Source of the DNA: Octopus sinensis
Taxonomy: Eukaryota
NCBI RefSeq assembly: GCF_006345805.1
Contig: NC_042998.1
Location: forward strand, 185,690,001 to 185,754,000
Direction: 5' to 3'
DNA: 64,000 nt
Shown: piece by piece, positions 52,361-64,000 of the stretch
How positions within the stretch are numbered: the first letter of the stretch is position 1
Layout of the letters: every line of letters begins with the position of its first letter
Notes under the pieces: model-generated
Seen by the model: only the letters and a program-made list of their open reading frames with translations
Databases searched by the model: none
Told to the model about the DNA's origin: nothing
Position numbers and translations under genes: made by a program

Positions 52361-53813
52361 CTCTCATAGGCAACATCTGAAAAGGCTTGGGACATGTAGA
52401 ACACATGTCTGCACGCTTATAAATGTAAGCCCATGTATTTACGTACGAAATAGATTATTAGTTGTTGTTTAACCTCAGGTCAATCCTTATTGACCATGTC
52501 TGTGATTGGAGACGTTCCAGCCACGATCACCTCATTCCTTTCTCGTGCATAACCATAAGTATTCATCCTTTTTAAAGATGACAGGGTGTGATATGAGGGA
52601 AAGGTGGTTGCTATTGCTAGCGTAGTTTGAGAAGATCTATAATCAAAGGCATTGCAACCATGACCAGTTCATTTTCTTCTTGGCCATTACGTATCTTGGA
52701 CTACATTATTCTATGTGTTTCTCCATTATCAAGACGTAGGGTGAAATTTGAAGGAATTTTGGAATGCTTGATGCTTTTTCCTGCAAGTCGAGCGATCGCG
52801 TACAGGTTCCATTGTTGGCTCATCCTTAATAATACGATCTTATGCCATCATTACATATTCTACTTGCTACTCTATAAAAGAAGGTCAGAATTCATGAGCC
52901 GGTGGAGAAAACCAGGACAGCATCGTTTGTTATTGTTGTCGGTTAATATCTGGCGATAGACCAAGTGCTGTGAAATAAGAATTAGCTTTCAATAGACCGA
53001 TTCAATCAGTTTTGATGTCTTATTTCATTTCACCAGCGTTACACGACCTTAGTTCTAATATCCTGTAAATTTGAAACCTTCTGTAAATAATAATAATAAT
53101 GATTTATCAATAAAAATATCTATAAAACAAGTTTGCTGTGGCAATCTAGCCTTTTAGCATTTATTTAAGCCGGTTCTATCCGGCCTAAATATTCTGCTTT
53201 ATGTTCAAATAGGCCAGATCTGGTCTTTCACATCTACCCTACAATGTCATTCTTAAAATAAAAAAGAATAAGATAATCGGAATATCAAAGCTCCGAGATA
53301 ACGCATGATCAATTCAAAACAACGTGAATAGGTTAGTATTACATTTGACAAAGAAGTTTGAATATTAAAGGACTAGAAAAGTGTTGTAGAGCTTCTGAAG
53401 TCTACACATTAAAACAATATGGGATTAAGGGGGAGCAAAAACGAGTTTGACGAGTTGTTGTTTAGTCCCAGGTGAACCCTAATTGAGCAGACCTACGACG
53501 AAAGGCATTCCATTTGTGACCATCTCATCTTTTAAGGATATGTAAGACTACATTAATGTATACTGATCGTTTCAAAGTTGGCAGGCTATGCTTTTTGAAG
53601 GAAATTTGGCTACTATTTCTAGTGTTAATAACGACAAATGAGGCAATATGCGACATACTCGACAGAGGATCAAAGATCAAAGATAGTTTAGTGATCCTTC
53701 ATATTATTACTATAATGTTATCGTATTTAGCCCTTGGTCTAAGAGTTTGTGGTCTCTAAAGTATTCTAATAATAACTGCCCTTTTTTGTTGTTTTTAAGG
53801 GGTTTATAGAATC

Positions 53814-54208
53814 ACTAGCAGTATCGCCCGGCGTTGCTCGGGTTTGTAAGGGAAATAACTATAAAGCATTTTTAGAGAGTTATAGCCAAAAAAAGCAAAA
53901 AATGCATTAAAAATGGAAAAAAAATTATGGTAAATTTTTTTTTAAATCGTCGACTCATCGTAGACATTTTTAGAGAGTTACTTCCCTTATATTAAAAAAA
54001 ATATGCATTAAAATGGAAAAAAATGATGGTAAATTATTTTTAAAATCGTAAACTCATCGTAGACGCGCGCTAATACCCAGAAGGGCTTGATATGAATCAC
54101 GACCATAAGATACCCGGTTTTGGTTAAACTGCACCGCAAAATGTGGGAGTAGTTAGGAATCTAAATCGGAGTAGACAGACACACAACCTTTCTTTTATAT
54201 ATAAAGAT
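53814..54208 (+). mobile_element. Helitron-like element with the same 5' end as 12572-12952
   Basis: actagcagtatcgcccggcgttgctcggg..tttatatataaagat. Confidence 0.6.
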
Positions 54209-55388
54209 ATTATCCCTTTTGAGGTATTTGAGAGTGATTTAGGTTAGATCCCACTGATGTTTCTACTACGTTGAGCGACTGCACTCGGGCGCCCTTTTCT
54301 GGTGTTTATGCATTGTTGTCAATAAGCATTAAAAATGAAAGTTTCGAACAACATTCTTTAACAAACATATCAAATTGAACACAATAGTTCTCGGGTCAAT
54401 CACGTAAGTGCTGGATCTGATTCCTACTACTTAGCAGAGTAACCACTTGAAAAAACCGGAACTGTAAACGTTCTATACACGCACAAGTATATATACATAT
54501 ATATATATATTATATATATATATATATTATATATATATATAGGCGGTGCTCCAGCATGACCGCAGTCAAATGACTGAAACAAGTAAAAGATAAAAGAATA
54601 TATATTATGTATATATATATTATATGTATGTATATATATTATATATATATATATTATATATATATATACAATATATATAATACATATATACATACACATA
54701 CATACATATATATGAACATGCTTACACACATGCATGCATGCATCCATCCATCCATCCATCCATACATCCATCCATCCATACATACTACATACATACATAC
54801 ATACATACATACGTACGTACGTACATACATACTACATACATACATACATACATACATACAGGCATAAATACATACATACATACATACATACATACATACA
54901 TACATACATACAGGCATACATACATACATACGTACGTACATACATACATATATACATACATACATACATACATACATACATACATACATACATACATACA
55001 TACAGGCATAAATACATATACATACATGCAAACATACTTTTAGGCAAGCACTGTAAAGGAGAGATAAGATTTCGATTTTTGTCATCATTCACATACCGGC
55101 GCCCTTGGTCAATGTGCTAAAAACATGATAGACGGTTTGTGTTCCGTCGTTCTATTATTGACACTTATGTTTTTCATGTTGAGCACAGAATTAAAACATT
55201 TCTGTGTTTAGTAATAGCTGGGAAAAGTAGTCTCCTTATCCCCTACGGTTTAAGGTAAAATGTTTTCAGCTAGTGCTTAGCAACTTCACAGAGTTAAGGA
55301 ACATCTCATAAATGCCTATTTCCTCGACTGAATCGGCAATAAGTAAAGCACTGTGTATTTATTGATCAATGTATGGAATAGCTTCAAA

Positions 55389-56518
55389 GGCGGCGAGCTG
55401 GCAGAAACGTTAGCACACCGGGTGAAATACTTAGCGGTATTTCTTCTGCCGCTACGTTCTGAGTTCAAATTCCGCCGAGGTCGACTTTGCCTTTCATCCT
55501 TTCAGGATCGATAAATTAAGTACCAGTTACACACTGGGGTCGATATAATCGACTTAATCCGTTTGTCTGTCCTTGTTTGTCCCCTCTGTGTTTAGCCCTT
55601 TGTGGGTAGTAAAGAAATAGGTATTTCGTCTGTCTTTACGTTCTGAGTTCAAATTCCGCCGAGGTCGACTTTGCTTTTCATCCTTTCAGGGTCGATAAAT
55701 TAAGTACCAGTTACGCACTGGGGTCGATGTAATCGACTTAATCCGTTTGTCTTTCCTTGTTTGTCCTCTCTGTGTTTAGCCCCTTGTGGGTAGTAAAGAA
55801 ATAGGTATTTCGTCTGTCTTTACGTTCTGAGTTCAAATTCCGCCGAGGTCGACTTTGCCTTTCATCCTTTTGGGGTCGATAAATTAAGTACCAGTTACTA
55901 GGGTCGATATAATTGACTTAATCCGTTTGTCTGTCCTTGTTTGTCCTCTCTGTGTTTAGCCCCTTGTGGGTAGTAAAGAAATAGGTATTTCGTCTGCCGT
56001 TACTTTCTGAGTTCAAATTCCGCCGAGGTCGACTTTGCCTTTCATCCTTTCGAGGTCGATAAATTAAGTACCAGTTACGCACTGGGGTCGATATAATCGA
56101 CTTAATCCGTTTGTCTGTCGCTACGTTCTGAGTTCAAATTCCGCCGAGGTCGACTTTTCCTTTCATCCTTTCGGGGTCGATAAATTAAGTACCAGGTACT
56201 GGGGTCTATATAATCGACTTAATCCGTTTGTCTGTCGCTACGTTCTGAGTTCAAATTCCGCCGAGGTCGACTTTGCCTTTCATCCTTTCGGGGTCGATAA
56301 ATTAAGTACCAGTTACTGGGGTCGATATAATCGACTTAATCCGTTTGTCTGTCGCTACGTTCTGAGTTCAAATTTCGCCGAGGTCGACTTTGCCTTTCGG
56401 GGTCGATTAAATAAGTACCAGTTACGCACTGGGGTCGATATAATCGACTTAATCCGTTTGTCTGTCTGTCCTTATTTGTACTATCTATGTTTAACCCCCC
56501 TGTGGGCAATAAAGAAAT
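55389..56518 (+). mobile_element. SINE family A, seven-unit head-to-tail array
   Basis: One full-headed unit followed by six units that restart just upstream of the B-box. Confidence 0.9.
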
Positions 56519-56814
56519 AAATATATGAAATAGCTTAGCGTCTTAATTACGTCATACCTTCTGTCGTTTAGATTTCAAAGGACTGACAAAATAGTGTGAA
56601 AAAGCGAAGAAAAAAGTGTATGAACACCTGCCAACAGCATGAATTTCACAAACAATAAAACTATGTTTAGATTACTAAATAAATATGAGACCTGTTGGTA
56701 TTTGTTTCAACCCGATAAAAAAAAATGAAAAAAGAAAAACATTCCTAAAATTACTTATATTCAAAGGCATTTCTATGCTTGATCCTATTAACAGTCGGTT
56801 TACACAAAACATTC

Positions 56815-57538
<724 letters not shown>

Positions 57539-57997
57539 TATTTTTTAGCAAAAGCATTTTCTACTTTAGCGTTAAGAATTTAGAACATAGCCTACTTCTC
57601 TTTGTTGGGTGGGAGCTCATCTATGAAAAAACAAACATTTTTAATAATTATTTTCTTCATTCTGAACTTTGTAATAGTTAAAATAATTCGAAATATGGTT
57701 TCAATTCTCAGTTGTATATATTTGTAAAAACTAACACTTCTTTCCTCCAAACTTAGATTCGAAACCGAATCTAAGGATTCTTGCTCGTCTGAGCCACCAC
57801 GAAGGAATAGGCGCGAAAGAAAATTTCTTTGTCCTGTTAAAAAATTATAAATCTTCTCCTTTTGACCTACGACCTCAGCCATGTCAAGCGAAGTTCGAAA
57901 TAACAGGAGCTGGCTTATTTAGACACAATCTCTCCACCCGTATGTCTGTCCTTCTAGCTGCCACGGCTGTTATAAATACTGTGGTCAGCAAAGGGAC

Positions 57998-58030
<33 letters not shown>

Positions 58031-58036
<6 letters not shown>

Positions 58037-58700
58037 CTTTATTCACCATAAGGTTGAGAAAAAGAGGGGACAATACGAGGACAGACAAAACAAACATTGG
58101 GGTCAGGGTATCGAATGAGACGAAACGTATGAATAAACAAACAATTAAAATATATACAATTAAATGAGAATGAGTGATTAACAAAAAATGAAGCGGAGGA
58201 CGCGGTTGACCCCACAAAACACATACTCACACTGAAGACTTTGCTTTCTCCTTTTTTACATTCTCGATTAAACAGGTTCTTTCACTCGCAACATACTTGC
58301 TATATACTTCCATCTTTTACGAAACACACTTTGCGACAGGCATTTTCTTCTCCAGCCTTATTTTCCGTTTCATGTGGAAAACGAAAAAGTCGATTAGCTC
58401 GAGACTGGAGATGAACATGCCTGTTGCAATTCCTTTCACTCTCGTCTTCCATACTACTCCTTTCGCCACAGCAACTACCGAGGGAGAACAGGCTCGCTCC
58501 TCCCTATTCAGGGAGGTCGGCGGAACGATCTTAATTACAAATTCGCTCGAAAGTTGTACTCTTTTCGAATGCGACAGCCGGTGTTCGACATAAGCCCAGA
58601 GTTCAGTCACCTTGGGGCATTGCACAATCGCGTGCAGGACAGTTTAGAGGACAGAGAAAGGCCCTGGACGAAGAGACAACTCACGAGATCGTCGACTATT
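58031..58700 (-). mobile_element. Tx1/L1-like LINE 3' fragment (CCHC C-terminus, 3' UTR, AATAAA) ending in (TC)n
   Basis: TVLHAIVQCP.V.ELWAYVE..AKGVVWKTR..FF.FH.KRKIRLE; minus-strand end aataaagaaatac(tc)n. Confidence 0.65.
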
Positions 58701-58716
58701 TTCTCAGATGAACGTT

Positions 58717-58754
<38 letters not shown>

Positions 58755-59039
58755 CACACACACACACATCACACACACACACACACACACACACACATAA
58801 TCAGTTCTAACACATCACATCCACAGATGTACCTCGTTTTTATTCCTCTCAACTCGTAGTAGTTGACAACAAATTAATGTAGAGAAAAACCTGTGTATAC
58901 CGACAGCAAATGCAAGTCCAGTAAATAAATTATTTAAACTATAAATCGATGTCATTCAATTATTTACTTCGGAGGCATCCACATGCCTATCGCACCTGTT
59001 TACCTCAACACATTCTGATACACCTTAAACCAGTACATT

Positions 59040-61453
59040 TGGTGACCCCGTCAAAGAATTGCAGCCTTCCCTTGAACCAGCTTCACCAACTTAATTGCAT
59101 TTGGAAAATAAAGACATCTTTTGTACTGCGGTTAAAATTTTCCATTTCGGCACTGCATTTCGCGATCCCGTCAAAGAATCACAGCTTGCACATCACCCGG
59201 CAATGAAACAGAACTGAAAACTCCTGCGATTGATTGGCTCATAATGGCTCTCCCAGAACAGAACCCAGCGGCAAACACATCCACAGTCGACATGGCATTC
59301 CAAGTGGAGATTATGTTGAGGATTACCCCATTCTAGACGCACGGCCCTACATTATGGTTTCACCATTTACAGGCCCAGTTCTCTTCCAACCGAATAGTGA
59401 GCGATGCGTCCTGACTAACGCATCTGATCGGTTCCTTATCGCCAGAGATCACGAACGTGGTCCCTGATCTCATTATGGCACAACCAGGTTCTGTGTCATA
59501 CGACACTTTCAAAAACCACGCTAATCACTAGAACTTCAGAGTCCCAACAAAAGTGACTTCACCAGCTCCTTACATAGGAAGAATTGGGCGATAGAACGCC
59601 TTCCCGGCTTCTACGCAGAATGAAACCGCTTCTTGGAGATGAGATCCTCCCCGAAAAAATTTTTAAGCAGCTTTTTCTCCAGCGTCTGCCCTCCAGCACG
59701 CAGGTGGTCTTCGCTTCCACTCGAGAGTCTACTTCCATTGAGGAACTGGCGGAGCTAGCTGACAAAATAGCCGAGGTACCACACACGTATTCAACGATAT
59801 CGACGGTAACGCCAGCCGTTCCTCCTACAAATCCTTCTGCGAGTTCTTCCTAATTTTCGGACTTGCGCTCATTAATGATGCAGCAAGCAGCGCAGATACA
59901 GGCCTTCACAACTCAGATACAGGCCCTATCGCCTGATACACCGTGTCGAAGCAACAGCCGATCGTGTCATTTTGGTGAACGTTCCCGAAACCCGAGTGCT
60001 ACCCGCAGCTCGCATGAGACGTGTTGGTACCACCAAAAGTTCGGAACACGGGCACAGAAATGCACGATCCCATGCTCGTTTTTCAGCATCCAGTTCGGGA
60101 AACGACACAGCCAGGAATTGAACGTGACGGAAGTTCCTGGCTCTCACCCAAAAAGTCGCCTGTTTTTCGTTTGCGATCGGGTAACAGGCACACGTTTCCT
60201 TGTTGACACCGGCGCGCAAGTCAGCATAATCCCTGTTTCCAACACTTCAGGAAAAAGAAAAGAGACACCAGTCTGTCTTCAGGCAGTTAACCACTCACCC
60301 ATTCCAACCTACAGTGAACAATTCCTAACGTTGAACGTCGGACTACGCCGCCCCTTCCATTGGGTATTTGTCATAGCTAAACTGCCGATTTTCTGCATCA
60401 TTTCGGTCTCCTGGTAGACATTACACACAGGAGACTTGTCGACAGCACCGCACAGCTCACTGTACGCAGTATAGCCGCTCGTATGGCCACAGTCAGCCCA
60501 ACTGTTTTGCTAACAACGATAACTTACCACAGTGCTATCCTGAAAGAATATCCGGACGTCGCTCGACCAGTATCCCATAGGCAGCCGATCAAATACAAAG
60601 TTACCCACCACATCAAAACCAGCGGTACACCCGTTGCTGCAAGACCCAGAAGGTTACCACCAGATCGTCTCAAGGCCGTCAAGCAGGAATTCCAGCACAT
60701 GCTCCACCTTGGAATCATCCGCCCGTCCAGCAGCAACTGGTCCTCTGCGTTCCAAAAAAATCATCGACCGATTGGCGAGTTTGCTGTGATTATCGATCGC
60801 TGTAAGTGATGCATATCCTGTACCCTATCTACAAGACTTTCCTAGCTCGCTGTATGCAGCTCGCATCTTTTTATAGATTGACCGTGTGCGAGCATACAAC
60901 CAAATCCCCGTGGAACTTGCGGACATCCCGAATATAGTAGTTATGACACACTTCGGAATGTTTGAATTCCTGCGTATGCATTTCGGTTTACGCAACGCGG
61001 CACAGACATTCGATACGGTTACCAGATGTTTGCCTTTCGTCTATGTTTACATAGACGACATTCTCGTGACCAGTAGCTCAGACAAAGAACATGATCAACA
61101 TTTGCACCTGCTATTCGAACGCCTGCGCGAATACGGTATTTTTATCAACCCCCAGCAAGTGTTCGTTCGGAGTTGCTTCCCTTCATTTTCTCGGGCACAT
61201 TCGTCCTCTTCCCGAGAAAGTCAAGGCCATCGTGGATTCTCCACCATCCACATCTCTCCGCAAATTAAGAGAGTTTCTCGGTTTAGTGAATTTTTATAGG
61301 AGATTTTTACCCCACTTCGCTGATACAGCACAACCGCTCACGGATTTGCTACGGCGGCGAACATGCAAAAACACGAATATTGCCCTTAGTGAAGATCAAC
61401 TTGCTTCTTTCGCCTCCCTGAAAAAAGCGTTCTCCAACGCTAGCATGTTGGTG
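59040..61453 (+). mobile_element. Ty3/gypsy internal region (PBS, gag, protease, RT), frameshifted and truncated before RNase H
   Basis: PBS TGGTGACCCCG at 59040-59050 after ..TACA; LFLQRLP; CWYHQKFG..AQKCTIPC knuckle; FLVDTGAQVSII; FGLRNAAQTF; VYIDDILV; FLGLVNFYRRF. Confidence 0.9.
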
Positions 61454-61455
61454 TA

Positions 61456-61522
61456 GGGTTCTTATAGTAGTGTACCTGGTGGTCTCTACAATATTTCAGT
61501 AAGTACACTATTATAAGAACCC
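61456..61522. mobile_element. 67-bp TA-flanked mini-MITE
   Basis: 20-bp TIR gggttcttatagtagtgtac (19/20 match), with TA on both sides. Confidence 0.65.
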
Positions 61523-61667
61523 TACAGTTTTGTTTTGGATAAATATTAACTAGCCCTATTTACAATAAGTGCTATTCTCTTTCTAGACATGTTAGTAATT
61601 TTTCTTGTCATATTTTAGTACTAACTTCATTTCACAACTTTTCAAACATTTCACAAACTTTTCAAAC

Positions 61668-61891
61668 ATACAATATAAACAAAAGGAATGGGAGAAAGGA
61701 AAGAAAACATGGCTTAGACAAATAGTCTAGAAGCCCAATATATTAAGTGCACATAGCGTCATTTCGAATATATTAAGAGCACATAAATCCGGATGGTGAA
61801 TAATTATGTGCACTTAACATATTGGGCTTCTAGACTATTTGTCTAAGCCATGTTTTCTTTCCTTTCCCCTATTCCTTTTGTTTGTAGTGTA
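61668..61891. repeat. Foldback hairpin with about 76-88-bp arms
   Basis: 61680-61755 pairs almost perfectly with 61805-61880. Confidence 0.9.
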
Positions 61892-62281
61892 TAATCTTGT
61901 TTCTCACCCTGATGAAGATCTGTTGCCTTAATTTGAACGCCCTATGAAGATGAAGAATTTTATTCTCGCATTTATGTATAGTCTGAATTCTGGTAATCTG
62001 ATTAGAAACAGCTGTTAGTTTTGTTATGTCCTGCATTGTATCAATAAACAAGCTTTAAAATGTGGTCCAATCGATGTGCTGGTTAATCTGTTTTTCTCCA
62101 TTTTCTAATTATTTGCATTGGTTCCTAATAGACTTTTGTTTATCCTATCCTATTGTTACCTGCGCTCGATGTATATGGTGTCCCTGCACACCCTTGCCCG
62201 GGTATAACACAGGTAACGGATACTGATAGTATATACGCATATTTTATCCATTAGTCGGTTACAACTACTAACTCTCTCCCC

Positions 62282-62324
<43 letters not shown>

Positions 62325-63591
62325 CGAGGGGCGTTCAATAAGTAATGCCCCTGACCCACTTCCCATAGCAGTAGAGCAACGAAACTTGGGCACAGTTATT
62401 AGTCTTTTTCTACATAGGAACCACCCAGAGTTACGCATTTCTCCCACCGTTGATGCCAGCTCTGGAGACCGTTTTTTTAGGAGACCCCAGCTTGGGTCTT
62501 CCAACCTGAACGTGACTTCAGAAATCAAGGCTGCATCATCTGGGAAACGCTTTCCTTTCAAAAACAACTTCATGACTGGGAAGAGGTGAAAATCAGAGGG
62601 TGCAGGTCAGGAAAGTAGGGGATGGGGGAGGAGTTCATAGCCATACGCCTGTGCTTCTGATCTGGCGACAAGCGAGTTGTGGACGGAGCGTTGTCCTGGC
62701 AGGAGGAGGATGTCTTTGCTGATCTTGCCCCGCTCTTGATTTGATAACTTCTCTTAATTTCCTCATAGTGAAGCATAATAGGCTCCTGCAATTGTGGTAC
62801 CCTTTGCCAGGAAATCTGTCATCACTACTCCGTCCTGGTCCCAGAAGACTGTGAGCATGACCTTGCCAGCGGAGGGCTGCACCCTGCCTTCTTGGGGGGG
62901 TGAGTCAGGTGCTTCCACTGCATTGACTGGGATTTGGTCTCTGGATCATCGTGATGGACCCAGGTTCATCCGTGTAATCAGTCTTTTGATAATTTTGACT
63001 CATCTTCTTGGCACAGCTCCAAATTCACCCTCAAGCACTCGACGCGTTCTTGCTTCTGGAAAGGCGTGAGCAACCTGGAAATCCATCTGGCAGACACCTT
63101 TTGCATATGCAAATGGTCATGAATGATAGTTTCCACAGACCCGGTACTAATCTGACCTCATGGGCTATTTGGCGAATAATTATGCGTCGTCTTCCAAAAT
63201 GGCAGCCTCAACTTGACGGACAGATGCCTCATCAATGGCAGAAGGGGCGACCAGATCTGGGAGCTGTTTCCACAGAGTCCGACCATGTTTGAATTCACGA
63301 TGCCAGCGTTTTACAAGGTCATAATGATGGGGCATCATTACCATAAGTTACTTTCATTTCATCAAAGTCTCCCGTGGGTGTGCGCCCTTTCAAATACAAA
63401 AAACCGGATCACTGCTCGACATTCAACAGGCTCCATTTCACACTGACTCGGTTCAAACACCTGTATCAGAAACCACAATTCAGAGCTGTATTTGCCACTT
63501 ACTCTATAAGAATAAATGATTGCACATGCAAAATTCAGCTAGATCAAACAACTGCAATGGGTCAGAGGCATTACTTATTGAACGTCCCTCG
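62325..63591 (-). mobile_element. Full-length mariner (1267 bp) with a dead transposase at about 62399-63436
   Basis: TIR cgaggggcgttcaataagtaatgcccctgacc and its inverse; TA TSD; MEPVECRAVIR..APRSGRP..QDNAP..YFPDLHPSDF..YVEKD*. Multiple frameshifts. Confidence 0.92.
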
Positions 63592-63873
63592 TATATAATA
63601 TATATATAGTAGAAATCTGTTACAAAAAGAAAATATAAAATACACGTTGAAATGTAAGGGGAAAATAAGAAAAATCAACGAAATGCACATTGTAAATAAA
63701 AAAAAAGGCTTTTTATGAAAGGTAACGACAGATATATACATTTAGAAAGACTGAGGGTAGTAATAAAAGTCATAAAAGTCATATTATGAGATGATTAAAA
63801 AGTCAGAAACAAAGCATACCATGGTTTCGTCAAAGCTATTCATTGCTTTGAATAAACACACACACACACACAC

Positions 63874-63927
<54 letters not shown>

Positions 63928-64000
63928 TATATATATATGTATGTATATATAATATATAAGAAAAAAGGTTTGAAAATGCAATTTAAACGATGTTTATTTA

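Noticed and set aside
55389-56518. CRISPR-like regular array
   Set aside because: Units are 115-230-bp SINE copies with no unique spacers, the context is eukaryotic, and there are no cas genes.
57592-57882. 96-aa minus-strand ORF
   Set aside because: No motif I can recognise; it may be a decayed TE fragment but is unsupported.

Overview
Eukaryotic, AT-rich and dominated by repeats. The SINE families and microsatellite load look like a coleoid cephalopod (octopus-type) genome; this is an inference. Only one credible intact protein-coding gene is present: an intronless EB1/MAPRE-type calponin-homology ORF on the minus strand (2851-4335). The rest is a layered TE landscape. Retroelements: CR1-like, RTE-like, R4/Dong, Tx1/L1-like and Penelope-like (PLE) fragments, two Ty3/gypsy internal regions with a tRNA-Trp PBS, a solo LTR, and at least four tRNA-headed SINE families. 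DNA elements: mariner and Merlin remnants, MITEs and Helitron-like elements. The most notable signal is a set of eight type I hammerhead-ribozyme (HHR) folds from at least four unrelated repeat families. Three have an intact catalytic core, three share a non-canonical CUGUNGA core, and two form the 3' part of a tRNA-headed SINE. That SINE's internal (AAT)n array has twice been used as an insertion site by R4/Dong elements. All folds and alignments were made by eye; nothing was computed or searched.
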